A stretch of DNA of 64,000 nucleotides, taken from Vicugna vicugna (taxonomy: Eukaryota). Location of the stretch: assembly GCA_013265495.1 (NCBI GenBank), contig MU058844.1:8307260-8371259 (forward strand), given 5' to 3'. A program made the translations under genes and the position numbers. The notes beneath the pieces are model-generated. The model was not told the origin of the DNA. It did not search any database and was given only the letters and a program-made list of their open reading frames with translations. Position 1 is the stretch's first letter, and each line of letters begins with the position of its first letter. Below are positions 1 to 13,388 of this stretch, in pieces.

Positions 1-29
1 CCCTATCGGCAATGATTTCCCACTGTTAT

Positions 30-510
30 TGGGATAAATAACAAATCTTCTAAATGCCATTTGAGGTTCTGGCTGGTCTCAGTGCCTCTCTCCAACTTCA
101 TTTCCTCTGCATGCCTCCACCCCCAACAGCCCCGAACACCCTGGTGATTCAGGATCTTGTATTTGCTTTACTTCCCTGAGTCCCAGCAATGCAGCACATA
201 CTGTCTCACGCTTGTGCTCCTGTCCCTTCTTCATGGAGTCACTGTTACACGTCTTTGTCTATCTTGGCTTAAACAGCACATCGACAAGCAATGTTTCGCT
301 GGCCTCACTGACTTCAACAAATTGCTCTGGTTTAGCTCCATTTACCTCCTTCATAGTGTTTGTCACCATTGCCATTTTATATCTGGATACTCCATGATGG
401 AAATAATTATATCTGTTTTCACTTATGATTTTGTATCCTGATGCTTTGCACAGTTTAGCCCATAGAGGTATTCAATAGTGTTTACCAAATTAGTAAATAG
501 AAAAGGATGA
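30..510 (+). mobile_element. Degenerate L2 LINE 3' fragment
   Basis: Pyrimidine-rich body ending GCACAGTTTAGCCCATAGAGGTATTCAATAGTGTTT, resembling the L2 3' terminus; boundaries approximate. Confidence 0.55.
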
Positions 511-512
511 GT

Positions 513-702
513 AGAAATAGAACTACCATATGACCCAGCAATTCCACTCCTGGGTATCTAGTCACAAAAAAACAAAAACACTAATCCGAAAAGATACATG
601 TACCCCAATGTTTATAGCAGCACTATTTACAATTGCCAAGATATGAAAGCAACCTAAGTGTCCATCAATAGATGAATAGATAAAGAAGATACGAGGTGTA
701 TG

Positions 703-738
<36 letters not shown>

Positions 739-748
739 TATATATGTG

Positions 749-796
<48 letters not shown>

Positions 797-1150
797 GGAA
801 TATTCCTCAGCCATAAAAAAAGAATGAAATGTTGTCATTTGCAGCAACATGGATGGACTTAGAGGGCATTATGCTAAGTGAAAGAAGTCAGACAGAGAAA
901 GACAAAATGTATGATATCACTTATATGTGGAATCTAAAACATACAACAAACTAGTGAATAAAACAAAAAAGCAGCAGACTCATGGATATAGAGAACAAAC
1001 TAGTGGTTACCAGTGGGAAGAGGGAAGCAGGGAGGAACAGTATAGGGGAAGGGGAAAAAAGATTTATTATGGGATCATATGAAATCAATTGTGTGAAACT
1101 TTTGAAACTTATAAAGCACTACAGAATTTTAAAAATTAAAAACATAATAA
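513..1150 (+). mobile_element. 5'-truncated L1 (end of ORF2 + 3'UTR + A-rich tail)
   Basis: AATAGAACTACCATATGACCCAGCAATTCCACTCCTGGGTAT, TTTGCAGCAACATGGATGGAC and ATATCACTTATATGTGGAATCTAAAA are L1 3'-end hallmarks. Confidence 0.92.
697..794 (+). repeat. Compound (TA)n/(CA)n microsatellite inside L1
   Basis: Directly visible alternating TA and CA runs. Confidence 0.97.
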
Positions 1151-1319
1151 AGTTGGCAAAACTAGGGGAAAAATGTGATGAGTGGCATATCTACTGGTGG
1201 CACCAGGATGAGACTGCTTGATGAATCTCTCTCACCCTAACCACAGGCACACATTAAGAACAAAACACTTGACATCAGATATCTTTGTTCCTTGTCCCAG
1301 AGGCCCTGCGACTATCTGC

Positions 1320-1530
1320 ATTGGCCCTGGAGCCAGGCTATCTGGATCAGAACTCACTCTCCACCATTTAGTTGTTGGCCAGGCTAAGTTATTCAACTGC
1401 ACTAAGTCTGCGTCTTCTCATCCATAAAATAGGAATAAATTTGGTACTTAAATAACTGGATAACTATGAGAATTAAATGGTACTATGGTTGCACACATTC
1501 AGTTCTCAACACATGTTAGCTATTATTTAA
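1320..1530 (+). mobile_element. MIR SINE
   Basis: Core-like AAGTTATTCAACTGCACTAAGTCTGCGTCTTCTCATCCATAAAATAGGAATAA and tail GTTAGCTATTATT. Confidence 0.65.
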
Positions 1531-2149
1531 TAATATACATTTCTCTCTTTTTCTGTGCTGCTTTTTTTTTTCTCTTTTGCTGTACTTCTAAGTCTGATCA
1601 GTGGCTTCACAGTCTGACTGACTTAGTCTTTGTGTAGTTACATTAGTATTTAAAGTCAGTATTCCCTGTCCTTTGAGAGGCGGAGGCTGGTATCTGGTAT
1701 AACATAAAAGGATAAAAACCCCACCCCCATCCACCCAACAGTCAGAACCCTGCTTCTCACATACAGGACAACATACTTGTGATCTGTGTAACTTTCAACC
1801 CAGTCTTCTTAGTATTTCTTCTCTGAAGGGACAGTCCTCCTGAAGAGGGGTACGAAGACTTTCCAAATCTTCTCTTCTCCAACAGAGCAGCCCATCCCCA
1901 GTTATTATCCATATAACACTCTTTCTAAAACCTTCATAACCATGTTCACATCCTGATTCAATTACAATCCCTCTCACGACTGATGGACCCCAAACAGAGT
2001 ACAATGCATGAAATGTAGTCTAATGATATGCCTTGCTCACGACCGGCCAGTAATAAATAACTTGTGAGTATGTTTATGGATCCAGCTCCTTATATACACA
2101 CACACACACACACAAATGCAGCCTATTTTAAATTAAGAGTCAGGGAAGG

Positions 2150-2570
2150 TGTACTGGATTGAATAGTTCCACCCCACCCCCCCAAATTGATGTCCCTCCC
2201 AGAACCTCAGAATGTGACCTTTGTTGGAAGCAGGGTCACTGCAGATATAATTAGTGAATATAAGGTCATGCTGGGGTAGACTGGGCCCTAAAGAGTAGAC
2301 TGGTACCCTTATGAAAGAGAAGAGACAGAGAGAGAGACAGGAGAATGCCATGTGACGACACAGATGCACCAAAGAAAGATGGCCCTACAACGACAGAAGG
2401 AGACACTGGAATTGTGCAGGAATGCCAAGGACTGCTAATGACTACCCCAAGCTGGGAGGCAGCACAGACAGACGTTCCTTTCAGCCCCTCTAAAGAAACT
2501 AATCCTGCTAACACCCTGACTTGACACTTGTAGGCTTCAGAATGGTGAGAAAATTTCTGTTGTTCTAAGG
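2150..2570 (+). mobile_element. MaLR solo LTR (MLT1B/C-like)
   Basis: CCCAGAACCTCAGAATGTGACC...GCAGATATAATTAG...GGAATGCCAAGGA...AATTTCTGTTGTTCTAAG match MLT1 hallmarks. Confidence 0.8.
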
Positions 2571-4724
2571 TTCAAAAAAAGAAACTGTAAAATTGAACAA
2601 AAAATAAAGTCAGTATTTCCTGTAGGTCTCTCCCCCCGCACCCCCACAACTCCACATGGACCTTGAAGCAGTAGATGGCTTCCGGTGACTTTGCTTATCT
2701 CTGCTTGGATCTACTCTGTGTTGGGATCAAAATACCCCAGCACTCAAATTCTTGGGACCACCTTGCCACAGCCCTCAGAGCTAACCGCAAAGGAAAATGT
2801 GGCTGGATCTGTACTTGATTCTTGCTACAGGCATTTGCAATACTACTGCATTTGCCTTGAAGAATTGAAAGGCTTTCAAAAATAGGAAACAACTTTGTTT
2901 ATGCTCCTCTTCTATTTTTCCCAAAACATATATGTAAGAAAAATTGAAAATGGGAACAGATTGGACAGTCTCCTACCTGTCTTTCCTTAGATGGGAAAAT
3001 TACACTTTGACATGATCTTTGCATGTGGCCAAAAGCACGACATTCAGCTTCCTGTGCTTTCTCTCAGGTCCTGGAATCTCTATCTCCACTGTGGTCCTCG
3101 TGAGCTCCCTGCTTGCCAACTCTGATCGCGTCCTCCCTCCTTTTTGCACAGGTTGAGCCTGGGAAATCTAGTGATCTTCATTTTCATTTCAAATACGAGG
3201 CTATTTCTCTAAGGAAACGTTTTTTACAAAGTATGCTAGCCTTACCAATCTGATGCTTCTCATAGTGCAAGGGCTTGCCGTGGGCCAGGTGTAGGTCATG
3301 GTAATAGAATTCTCCTTTACTTGGGGGCCTCAGACCACTGGCCCCTGAAGGAAGCATTTCTGACTACATGCATATCTTGAAAAATCTACATCTATAGTAA
3401 CACTGCAGCCAAAGAACCAACATACAATTTACTGCTATAAAATGGGATGCCCAAACTAAAACCACAACAAAAACCAGTGGCTTTGTGGTCTCAGTAAGGG
3501 ACTGTCAGAAGGAAGAACTGTTGCTATTGAAAAATTATAGGAAAAGCAGAGACATTAATTTTGCATGTCTTTTATGACTGTGTTTACAATCTGTTATGTT
3601 TTAGATAAAGGTCTAGAAAAGATTTCTCATACTTTGTGTGCAGCTTAGTTTCAGTGTGCTCCTCCAGGGAAAAAGAAAGGAAAAATCAAACAAATATGTT
3701 TGTGCATAAGGAACAAATAATTTGGTTGCCAAAGGGAAATTTCATTAGGTTGAAAGTTATTCTCTATAGTTTTTGTGAAATCAGGGTTTGCTTTTTCTCT
3801 CCTTCAAAATTTCTTTGATCTTCTACTTTGTCATTTGTGGAAAAGCTCAATGTCATGAAAAGTATCAAAATATATAATCTTTAAAAGCCTTGAGTTCTGA
3901 AACAAAACATATGTAAAATATCAGGAATTCAAGTTCTTAAAAAAATACCTAATGTATCCCAAAATCAAAGCAGTCTGTTATATCATTAAAATTAAGGCAA
4001 AAAGAGCAAAACATTCATTTTATGTTCCTTTGGAGCAGGAGGATTTAATCTTTCATCTCTAAGGAAACTATGGTTGGATGATGGACTTCAGGGGGTCCCT
4101 GAGCCTCATGAATTTGATTACAAAATTTTAAATGTGGGCATATTCACTTTTTTCTGAGACAAGAGTCTACTATTTTGTCATATTTTCAAGGGTCCGTGAC
4201 ATTTCAAAATTAAGATCCACTACAAAGGAAACTCCAAAGCTTTAAAATAAAATGTTGGACTATGGAACTATTATGGAAGTAATAATTAAATATTAGAAAA
4301 TAGAAATATTTCTTTTCTTTGGATTATGAGAAAAAATTAAGATTTTTATTAGTTTTCTTTCAACCAAGTAAGGAAGAGAAAAAGAGAAGTAGAATATTTT
4401 CTTTCTAGAAAAGGGTAGTATAGCTACAACTTAGATTGGAGGGCAGAAAGTCAAGGAATTCTAAAACCTCCTATAAATTTTCCTAAAGTACGTGACATAT
4501 TTCATCTAACACCTCCTGATTAAACACAATGCCGCCTTCCACCAAACTCTAAACTTCTTGAAAATCATCTTCAATTCTCATTCCATTCTCTCCCCTCCTC
4601 ACTCAGAATGTTCACCACTATCTGCTAATGATCTTTGTATTTCTCATGTTAGATCTCTCTTCAAAGAGACAGGAACTTTGTGCATCTCTACTTTGTGAGC
4701 CAACTAGTTGGGTGTCTAATACAA

Positions 4725-5060
4725 AAGTCATATCATTATTTTGCATGTGGCTGTCCAGTTTCCCCAGTACCATCTGTTGAAGAGAATATCCTTTCCCCAT
4801 TGTGTATTCTTGACTCTCTTCTTGAAGGTCAGTTAACTGTAAATACACAGGTGTATTTTTGGGCTCTCTATTCTGTTCCATGGGTCTGTATAATTGTTTT
4901 TATGTCAGTAACATACCATTTTTTGATTATTGCAGTTTTATAACATATCTTGAAGTCAGGATGTGTGATACTTCTAGTTTTGTTCTTTCTCACAGTTACT
5001 TTGGCTATTAATGTTTTTTTTGTGGTTCCATATGAATTTCAGGATTTTTTTTCTTTTTCT
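4725..5060 (-). mobile_element. L1 ORF2 fragment in antisense (inverted 5' part of an L1 insertion)
   Basis: Minus-strand ORFs give L1 ORF2-like peptides (ILKFIWNHK); TTTTGCATGTGGCTGTCCAGTTTCCCCAGTACCAT is the typical antisense L1 signature. Confidence 0.88.
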
Positions 5061-5390
5061 GCACAACATAGTTGTATAGTCAACAATACTGTACACTAAA
5101 AAAAATTGTACACTTAAAAATTTCAAAATGTAGAATAGATAAACAAGATTATACTGTATAGCACAGGGAAATAGATACAAGATCTTGTGGTAGCTCACAG
5201 AGAAAAAAATGTGACAATGAATATGTATATGTTCATGTATAACTGAAAAATTGTGCTCTACACTGGAATTTGATGCAACATTGTAAAATGATCATAAATT
5301 TAAAAAAAAGTTAAAAAAATTTACTAAAAGGGTAGACCTCATTTTAAGTGTTTTTATCACATAGAAAAAATTAAATTAAATTAAAAATCT
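5061..5390 (+). mobile_element. Older L1 3' end with a younger L1 3' end (~5125-5312) nested in it
   Basis: Old-type TGTACACTTAAAAATTT...ACTAAAAGGGTAGACCTCATTTTAAGTG is split by TATACTGTATAGCACAGGGAA...ACATTGTAAAATGA + A tail; AAAAATTT on both sides of the insert. Confidence 0.8.
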
Positions 5391-7333
5391 TACCAAAGGA
5401 GCACGTCCTGAACTAAACACATGCTATTCCTCCCTCTAAACTTGGACTTCCTCTCATGGTCCTTATCTCATTAAAAGTCTCATCCAATTGCACAAACTAG
5501 AAATTGAGGACCCATTCTTGATACCTCCCTCTCCCCTATCCTCATATTCTATTTTTCACAAATTCCTGCCAGTTTTAAACATCTCTCAAATCTTTCTCCT
5601 TTTCTCTCTCTCTGCTATCTCCATCCTGATTCAGGCTACCAACATCACTTGCCTGGATGAAGAATACTCCATTCTGCTAGCTTCACACTTAGTTGCTTTC
5701 TTACAAACCATTCTTTCTGTGGCAGCCAGAATCATTATTCTGAAACATAAATCAATAGTCTCCAATAGCTCTTAAGACAATAGTCAAGATGTTTAATGTG
5801 AATGCAAAATCCTGGCCAATGTTGTCCCTAACTTGTTCCCCATATTGTCTTCTACCATTCTCCTTGTTCAATAAAACCCAGTTTCACTGATTTCTAGATT
5901 TTGCAAAACTGTTAAGTTCTATGTCTTCTCAAGCCTTTGCACATTTTGTTTTTTGCTTGGAACTTTCATATAACCACATTCTGTGCTTTCCCCATTCCCA
6001 CTTGTTCTCTGAGTTACCATTGTCTTCCTTCAAACCTCAGCACATATATCACTTCATGAGGAAACTTGCATTGGCTCCTTCCAAGGTCAGTTAGCACTTC
6101 TACTTCTATGCTCATAGTTTCCTCTAGTTTTTTTCTTTTATAATAGGTGAGACAGTTTGTAATTTTATGTTTGTGTGATTATTTGCAAACTGTCTCCCTC
6201 CATGCCCCCTACTTATCTATAAGCTCCAACAGTGTTTGTTTCACATATCAGTGTAATAAAACCAGTTTTATTACAAATAAATATTGAATAATGAATGAAT
6301 GAATGGGTAGTTCTGATCTCTGTAAGGAAACTATACAATATGAGGGTGTGAGCTAAAATGCATAAGGAGAGAGGGTATAGAAAACCCTACTGGCTATCAC
6401 CTTTCCTTTGTTCATGGCCATTTTCATACATCAACAAAGCAGAACTTTCAGCTCCTTTGAGCTGCAGATCTATTTGTTTTATCATTAACAAAAGATAAAA
6501 ATGCCCTTTTGAAAATTTCCCTGAGGATATTGTACCAGTGTTCCAGCAGGAAACAAAATTCATTTCAAATGAAGAGACTTGTTGAAAAACTTTTCATAGA
6601 AGTACATATGGGAAAATGAAGGAAAGAAACAAGGAATGGCGATGCTCCAGAGACCCTTGATACCAAAGGGAAAAGAGGAAGAAAGATGGACCAGCAGCTT
6701 CCCAGTGATCTAGGAGGAACATGGAATCAGCAAATTTAGTAATTTTAAGTAAATTTAGCTCTGAAGCAGGAGGGTGCAGGGGAAAAATACTCTAAGCTCC
6801 CTCTCTTCCCACTTTTATCTCCAATTAGTTGAATCCATTTAGAAGCCAGATGTAAGCAAGTCTGGAATTTGTGGTCCACAGGGGCCAGCCTCTTGTGTAA
6901 ACAATGCATTACAGACAAGAGTGGAGAGTGGATCTGGGGCCGAGTGTGGACACAGGCACATATTTTCTACTTATGCCATTGGGGGAAAAGTGTCTCTTTT
7001 AGGAACAGAGCCTTTTATTTTACTACAATAAAGAGGTGCTTAAAATGTCAAAAGTTTTGAAAGCCTGGAGAAATGTGGTTGACAGTATCTGTGTACTCAA
7101 CAAATCTAGATCACAAAGGTGGGTTAGCCACATAGCAAGACTATAATAAAAATTCAAATACTTTTAAAACAAAGAATTTTCCACCAAAGTCGAGAGATTT
7201 CTTTAGCTAAAAGAAATGGAAGAATGAATTGAATCAGCAATGAAGAGCTACAGGATGAGTAGCAAAGATATATAGTCATGGAATGAATCTAAATACTGGA
7301 AGTGCCAACTTGACATTCGTAAGCCTCAGTTTC

Positions 7334-7850
7334 TGTGGTAGGTAGAGTAATGGCCCCCAAAAGATGTCCCAGCCCCAATCCTTGGAATCTGAGAAGATGC
7401 TGGGTTACACGGCAAAAGGGAATTAAGTTTGAAAGTAGAATTAAATTTGTTAATCAGCTGACTTTAAAATAGGGAGATTATCCTGGATTATCAAGTGTGA
7501 GCCCAATGTAATCACCCAGTTCCATAAAAGTGGAAGAGAGAGACAGGAAAGAAGTCAGACCGATGCTGTATAAGAAGGACTTCAAAGCTACTATTATTGG
7601 CTTTGAAAATGGAGGAAGAGATCAACAAGACAAGGAATATGGGCAGCCTCCAAAAAACTGGAAAGGAAAGGAAATGGATCCTCTCCTGTAGCATTTAGAA
7701 AGGAATGGAGGCCTGCAGACAGCTTGATTTAGTCCAATGAAACCCATGTCAGATGTATGACCTATAGAACTGTAAGATCATATATTTCTGATATTTTAAG
7801 TCACTAAGTTTGTGGCCATTTTTTTCCAGCCTCAGCAGAAAACTAATGCA
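7334..7850 (+). mobile_element. MaLR solo LTR (MLT1D-like) inserted in a MIR
   Basis: TG...CA termini (TGTGGTAGG...AACTAATGCA); AATGGCCCCCAAAAGATGTCC and AGGGAGATTATCCTGGATTATC; 5-bp TSD GTTTC/GTGTC splits the MIR core GCCTCAGTTTCCTCAT. Confidence 0.88.
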
Positions 7851-8974
7851 GTGTCCTCATTTCTGAGATGGAGGCCTTTTTCCATCCCCTTTCTTAAATA
7901 GGCTCTTGAGAAGAAACTTAAAATATGACTGAACTTCCTCTAAAAAATATATTGTAGGGCTAAGAACTGAGGCTTATGAAATGATGGGCTGTTTCTTAAA
8001 GATGTGTCTTAATTTCTAGTGCAGAAGATGTCTCGAAAAGCCTAGCTGGCTGAATTACAGACAAGTCTGTTAAAAAGATTTTTTCCCTACTTGTGGAGCA
8101 CAACTGCTCTAAATCAATCAGTCAGCTAGACACAATTCTATTTCCTTTCATTAATTATGTATCATTACTTACATTGCTAGTGACAAGAAAAAAAACTGCA
8201 TATGTTAATAAAATTAATTACAAAATACAAACTAAAATCTCTATGTGTTAGGGTAGCTTAGTTAGGGTAACTTAGCATATAGTACCAAATAGACTTTGAA
8301 ATCTCATATTATAGTCCAGGACAGCTACCCAAGTAGCCAGACTAACCCTCCTCTGGGCTCTGTCCTTCTGTGCTCCCCCTTCCCCTATGCTTTATCACTG
8401 TGTCCATCCAGCCAGTGGAAGAGGAAAGAGCTTGGAGCAGCAAATGGGGGAGGTTTGTGGGCAGGGTCTAGAAGATGCCCATATCACTTACCATGGATTA
8501 AAACTCAATCACTTAGCTACATTTCACAACAAGAATACTTGGAAATGTAGTCTAGCTGCATGTGAATCCACAAAGAAGAGAGACCCAATTTGGTGAATAG
8601 CTAGCGGTCTTCACCTCACACACAATGTAACAAAAGCTAAAAACCTGTCACCATCTATATATAAAAAATATGTCTTATTGGTTCAGCTCTGAGACTTCAA
8701 CAACAATTAGCTTTGTTTTAGTAGGAAAGCCATTGTTTGATGATCAATTACCAGTGGAAACAGGTTATTTTCTATTTTTACTCTAAGTCCCAGCTCATAG
8801 TTGTTTGAAGATTAAAGTGGTTATATACACTTCAATTATCATAAAATTTGGCACACAGTAAGGATTTCATTAAAGTTAGATCTAATATACTGTTGAAATT
8901 ATTGCCACAGTTAAAATTGTCATTATTTAATTTGTGATAGAAAAAGGAATAAAACTGATAAATTAAGATAAAAA

Positions 8975-11900
8975 AATAATAACACAATAGTAGGGGACTT
9001 TAACAGCCCACTTACATTAATGGACAGATCACCCAGACAGAGTGACAAAAAATCAATAAGGAATCACTGGCCTTATATGACACATTACACCAAATGGACT
9101 TAATAAATATACATAGAACATTCCATACAAAAGCCACAGAATATGCATTCTTTCCAAGTGCACATATGTCTCAGTAAATTTAAGGAGACAGAAATTCTAT
9201 CAAGTATCTTTTGTAACCACAATGCTATGGGACTAGAAATCAACAAGAAAAAAAAATGCAAAAAACACAAACATGTGGAGGCTAAATGATATCCTACTAA
9301 ACAACCAATGGATCATTGAAGAAACCAAAGAAGAAATGGAGAGATACCTGGAGGCGAATGAAACTGAAAACACATGATCAAAATCTATGGGCTACAACAA
9401 AAGCAATTCTAAGAGGAAGACTTTCAGTGATACAAGCCTACCTCAGGAAATAAGAAAAATTTCAAATAAACAACCTAACGTTACAGCTAAAGGAACTAGA
9501 GAAAGAAGAACAAGCAAAACCCAAAGTCAGCAGAAGGAAAGAAACCGTAAAAATCAGAGCAGAAGTAAATAAAAGAGAGGTTTTCAAAAAAATACTAGAA
9601 AAGATTAATGAAACTAAGAGCTGGTTCCTTTAAAAGGTAAACAAAATTGATAAACTGTTAGCCAGACTCATCAAGAAAAAGAGAGGACCCAAAACAATAA
9701 AATCAGAAATGAAAAAGAAGTTGCAACTGACACCACAGAAATACAAAGGAACATAAGAGACTACTATGAATAATTATACACCAATAAAATGGACAACCTA
9801 GAAGAAATGGACAAATTCCTAGAATTGTGTAATCTCCCAAGACTGAGCCAAGAAGAAGTAGAAAATATGAACAGACCTATCATCAGTAATAAAACAACTC
9901 TCAAAAAACAATATTCTAGGACCAGATGACATCATAGGTAAATTCTAACAAACATTTAGAGAACAGAGAATACCTGTCCTTCTCAAACTATTACAAAAAA
10001 TTGCAGAGGAAGGAATACTTCTGAACTCATTCTACAAAGAAAAGATCATCCTGATAACAAAACCAGATAAAAATATCACTCACAAAAAAAGAAAACTGCA
10101 GGCCAATATCATTGATAAACATAGATGCAAAAATCCTCAACAGAATATTAGCAAACAGAATTCATACATTTAAAGAATCATATATGATCATCAAGTGGGA
10201 TTTATTCTGGGGATGGAACCATGGAAGAATGGTTCAGTATCCACAAATAAATGTGATACACCACATTAACAAAATGAGAGATAAAAATCATATGATCATC
10301 TCAATAGATGCAGAAAAAGCTTTTGACAACATTCAATGTCTATTCATGATAAAAACTCTCAACAAAGTGAATATAAAGAAACATACCTCAACACACTAAA
10401 GGTCATATAGGACAAGTTCATAGCTAACATCATACTCAACACTGAAAAGATGAAAGCATTTTTTCTAAGATCAGGAATAAGACAAGGATGCCTACTCTTG
10501 TCACATTGTATTGGAAGTCCTAGTCACAGCAATCAGACAAGAAGAAGAAATAAAAGGAATTCAAACTGGAAAGGAAGAAGTAAAACTATCACTGTTTGCA
10601 GATGACATGATACTATACACAGAAAATCCTCAAGATGCCACCAAAAAACTTCTGGAGTTCATCAATGAATTTGGTGAAGTTGAAGGATATAAAATTAATA
10701 TACAGAGTATGTTGTATATCTATGCACTAACAATGAACTATCAGAAAGAGGAAGTAAGAAAACAATCCCATTTATAATCATATCAAAAAGAATAAAATAT
10801 ATAGGAATAAATCTAACTAAGAAGGTAAAAGACCTATAGTCAGAAAATTGTCAGACAATGATGAAAGAAATTGAAGATGACACAGGTAGAAAGACATACT
10901 GTGTTCGTGTACTGGAAGAATGAATATTGTTTAAATGGCCATATTCCTTAAGAAAATCTAGATTCAATGCAATCCCTATTAAAACACCAACAGCATTTTT
11001 CACATAATTAGAACAAATAATTCTAAAATGTGTATGGAAACACAAAAGACCCTGAAGAACCAAAACAATCCTGAGAAAAGAAGACAAATCTGAAGAAATT
11101 ATGCTCCCTACTTTCACAGTGTACTACAAAGCTACATTAATCAAAACAACATGACACTGCCAAAAAAAAAAAAAAAGACATAAAAATCAATGGAACAAAA
11201 TAGCCCAGAAATAAATACACATGGGCAATTAATCTATGACAAAGTAGGCAAGAATAAACAATAGGGAAAAGACAGTCTCTGTAATAGATGGTGTTGGGAA
11301 AACCAGACAGCTACATGCAAAAGAACCAAATTGAACTGCTCTCTCACATTATGCACAAAAAAAAAATTCAAAATGGATTTAAGACTTAAGTATAAAACCT
11401 GACACCATAAAACTTCTAGATGAAAACATAGGAAGTAAGTTCTTTGACATTTGTATTAGTAATATTTTCTTGGATATGTCATCTCAGTCAAGAGCAACAA
11501 AAGCAAAAATAAACAAATAGGACTATATCAAACTAAAAGACTTTTGTACAGTGAAGAAAATATCAACAAAACAAAAGGCCACATACTGAATAGGGGAAGA
11601 TATTTGCAAATGCTATATTTAATAAAAGGTTAATTTCCAAAATATACAAAGAACTCATACAACTCAACATCAAAAAAGTTTTTTTAAATGGACAGAAGAT
11701 CTGAAGATATTTTCCCAAAGACATATAGATGGCTAAAAGGCACATGAAAAGATGCTCAACATTGCTAATCATCAAGGAAAGGCAAATCAAAACCATAATG
11801 AGGTATCACCTCACTCTTGTTAGAATGGCTATTATCAAAAAGACAACAAATAACAAGTGTCGGCAAAGATGTGGAGAAAAGGGAAACCTTGTGCACAGTT

Positions 11901-12350
11901 GGTGGGCATGCAACTTCATGTAGCCAGTATGGAAAACATGGAGATTCCTCAAAAAATTAATAATAGAACTACATATGTTCCAGCAATTTTACTCCTGGGT
12001 ATTCATCTGAAGAAAATAAAAAGACTAATTAGAAAAGATATATGTATCCCCATGTTTATTGCAGCATTATTTACCATAGGCAAGATATGGAAGCAACCGA
12101 AACATCCATTAATAGATGAATGGATAAAGAAGATGTTTAAATATATATATATGTATATATATATTATTATTATATGAGAAGTATAATATTTTATATGAGA
12201 AGTATAATATTTTGTATTATATGAGAAGATGGATGTTCACTAAACTCATTGTGATCACTTCATGATGTATATAAGTCAAATCATTATGCTGTATCCTTTA
12301 TGGTGCTTATGTCAATTATATCTCAATAAAGCCAGAAGAAACATAAATAA
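8975..12350 (+). mobile_element. 5'-truncated, decayed L1: ORF2 from the endonuclease region through RT to the C-terminus, with shortened 3'UTR
   Basis: ORF fragments [40 protein letters not shown] (RT catalytic motif), [29 protein letters not shown]; many stops and frameshifts. Confidence 0.97.
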
Positions 12351-12399
12351 AGTTACTTTGTGTTTTGTAAAAAAGTAATATTAAAAAAAAAACTTCTAA

Positions 12400-12799
12400 G
12401 GATAAAAAGGAACTTCCCCATAACATCTGATTAGTAACAAAGCTGGGAATGAGGAACTAACCCAGCCTGAGCCAGAGAGCTCTCTCCCAAGGTTTTCTAA
12501 ATGGATCTTACGGAGAAAGTTTCTTTTCCTCTCTGGTCATGAAACCATCCCCTGTCTCCTGGGAGAAAGCTCGAAAGAACAAGGCCAACATCTAGAAAAA
12601 AGCAAAAAATAAAATAAAATAAAATAAAGAGAGAGATGCTACATTTTCAGTTTCCAGTGACCCTGGAAGCTATCCTGTTTCTTTTAGTTCTTTTCATTTT
12701 GGGAGCTATTTCAGTATCTTTCCAATAAATCAACATTTGCACCTTATCTAGCTCAAGTTTAGTTTTGTTACTTGGAACTAAGGAGTCCAAACTAATACA
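12400..12799 (+). mobile_element. Old MaLR LTR remnant (MLT1J/K/L-like)
   Basis: 3' end CCAATAAATC...GTTTTGTTACTTGGAACTAAGGAGTCCAAACTAATACA typical of old MLT1. Confidence 0.55.
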
Positions 12800-13388
12800 A
12801 TACAGATGCAAATTTTTTGAGGTCTTGGTTTTAAAAGTTTAAGAGAAATACTAAAAACCTTCGCTATCCAAGAAGGAAGATGTACTCTCCTGAAAGAAGA
12901 GTAAATGCCAGGTAAATACTAAGTAAGTAAGTATTACCTACAGAGAAAAGAATTACTTACAAAGAAAGGAACCAGAAAATTGAAAATTGCCTCAGGACAA
13001 TTTCAAACTACCAGCTGTTTTATCAGCACTCAGAGAGCTGTTGATTCCACACGCTGGTGAGCTGGAGAGAGTGCAGAGAAAAACTTCGTTTTAGCTATCA
13101 GTTTCTGTTGTAACTTCATAAGAATTCCTCAGAAGCAGCAGAATTGATTTCATTTTTTTCCCTACTGTCACCGGTTCTTTGAGAGTATTCATCAATGACT
13201 GACCTGAGAAAGAATACAAAGCCAAAAAGAAAAAGAAAAAGCACAGACAAACCTGGAAACTTCATCCCAGGTCACTGAATGATGACTTGAAAAAGGAGAG
13301 AGGGAATTATTTAGTTCTCATAAGGTAGTAGTCTGGAGGATAAAAAGGAAACGCAGATGTTGAGACTAACATTTTGGGCATAATCAGG

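Larger units (their letters stand above)
4570..6306 (+). mobile_element. L2 LINE relic interrupted by the L1 composite at ~4725-5390
   Basis: GGTGTCTAATA before the L1 and ACGTCCTGAACTAAAC after it continue the L2 consensus; CATCACTTGCCTGGAT motif; 3' tail AATAAATATTGAATAATGAATGAATGAATG. Confidence 0.7.

Noticed and set aside
562..850. VC/IY-repeat ORFs
   Set aside because: Translation artefacts of the (CA)/(TA) microsatellite within antisense L1
10112..12177. Active reverse transcriptase or novel RT system
   Set aside because: Ordinary L1 ORF2 broken by many stops and frameshifts, with no ORF1 or 5'UTR
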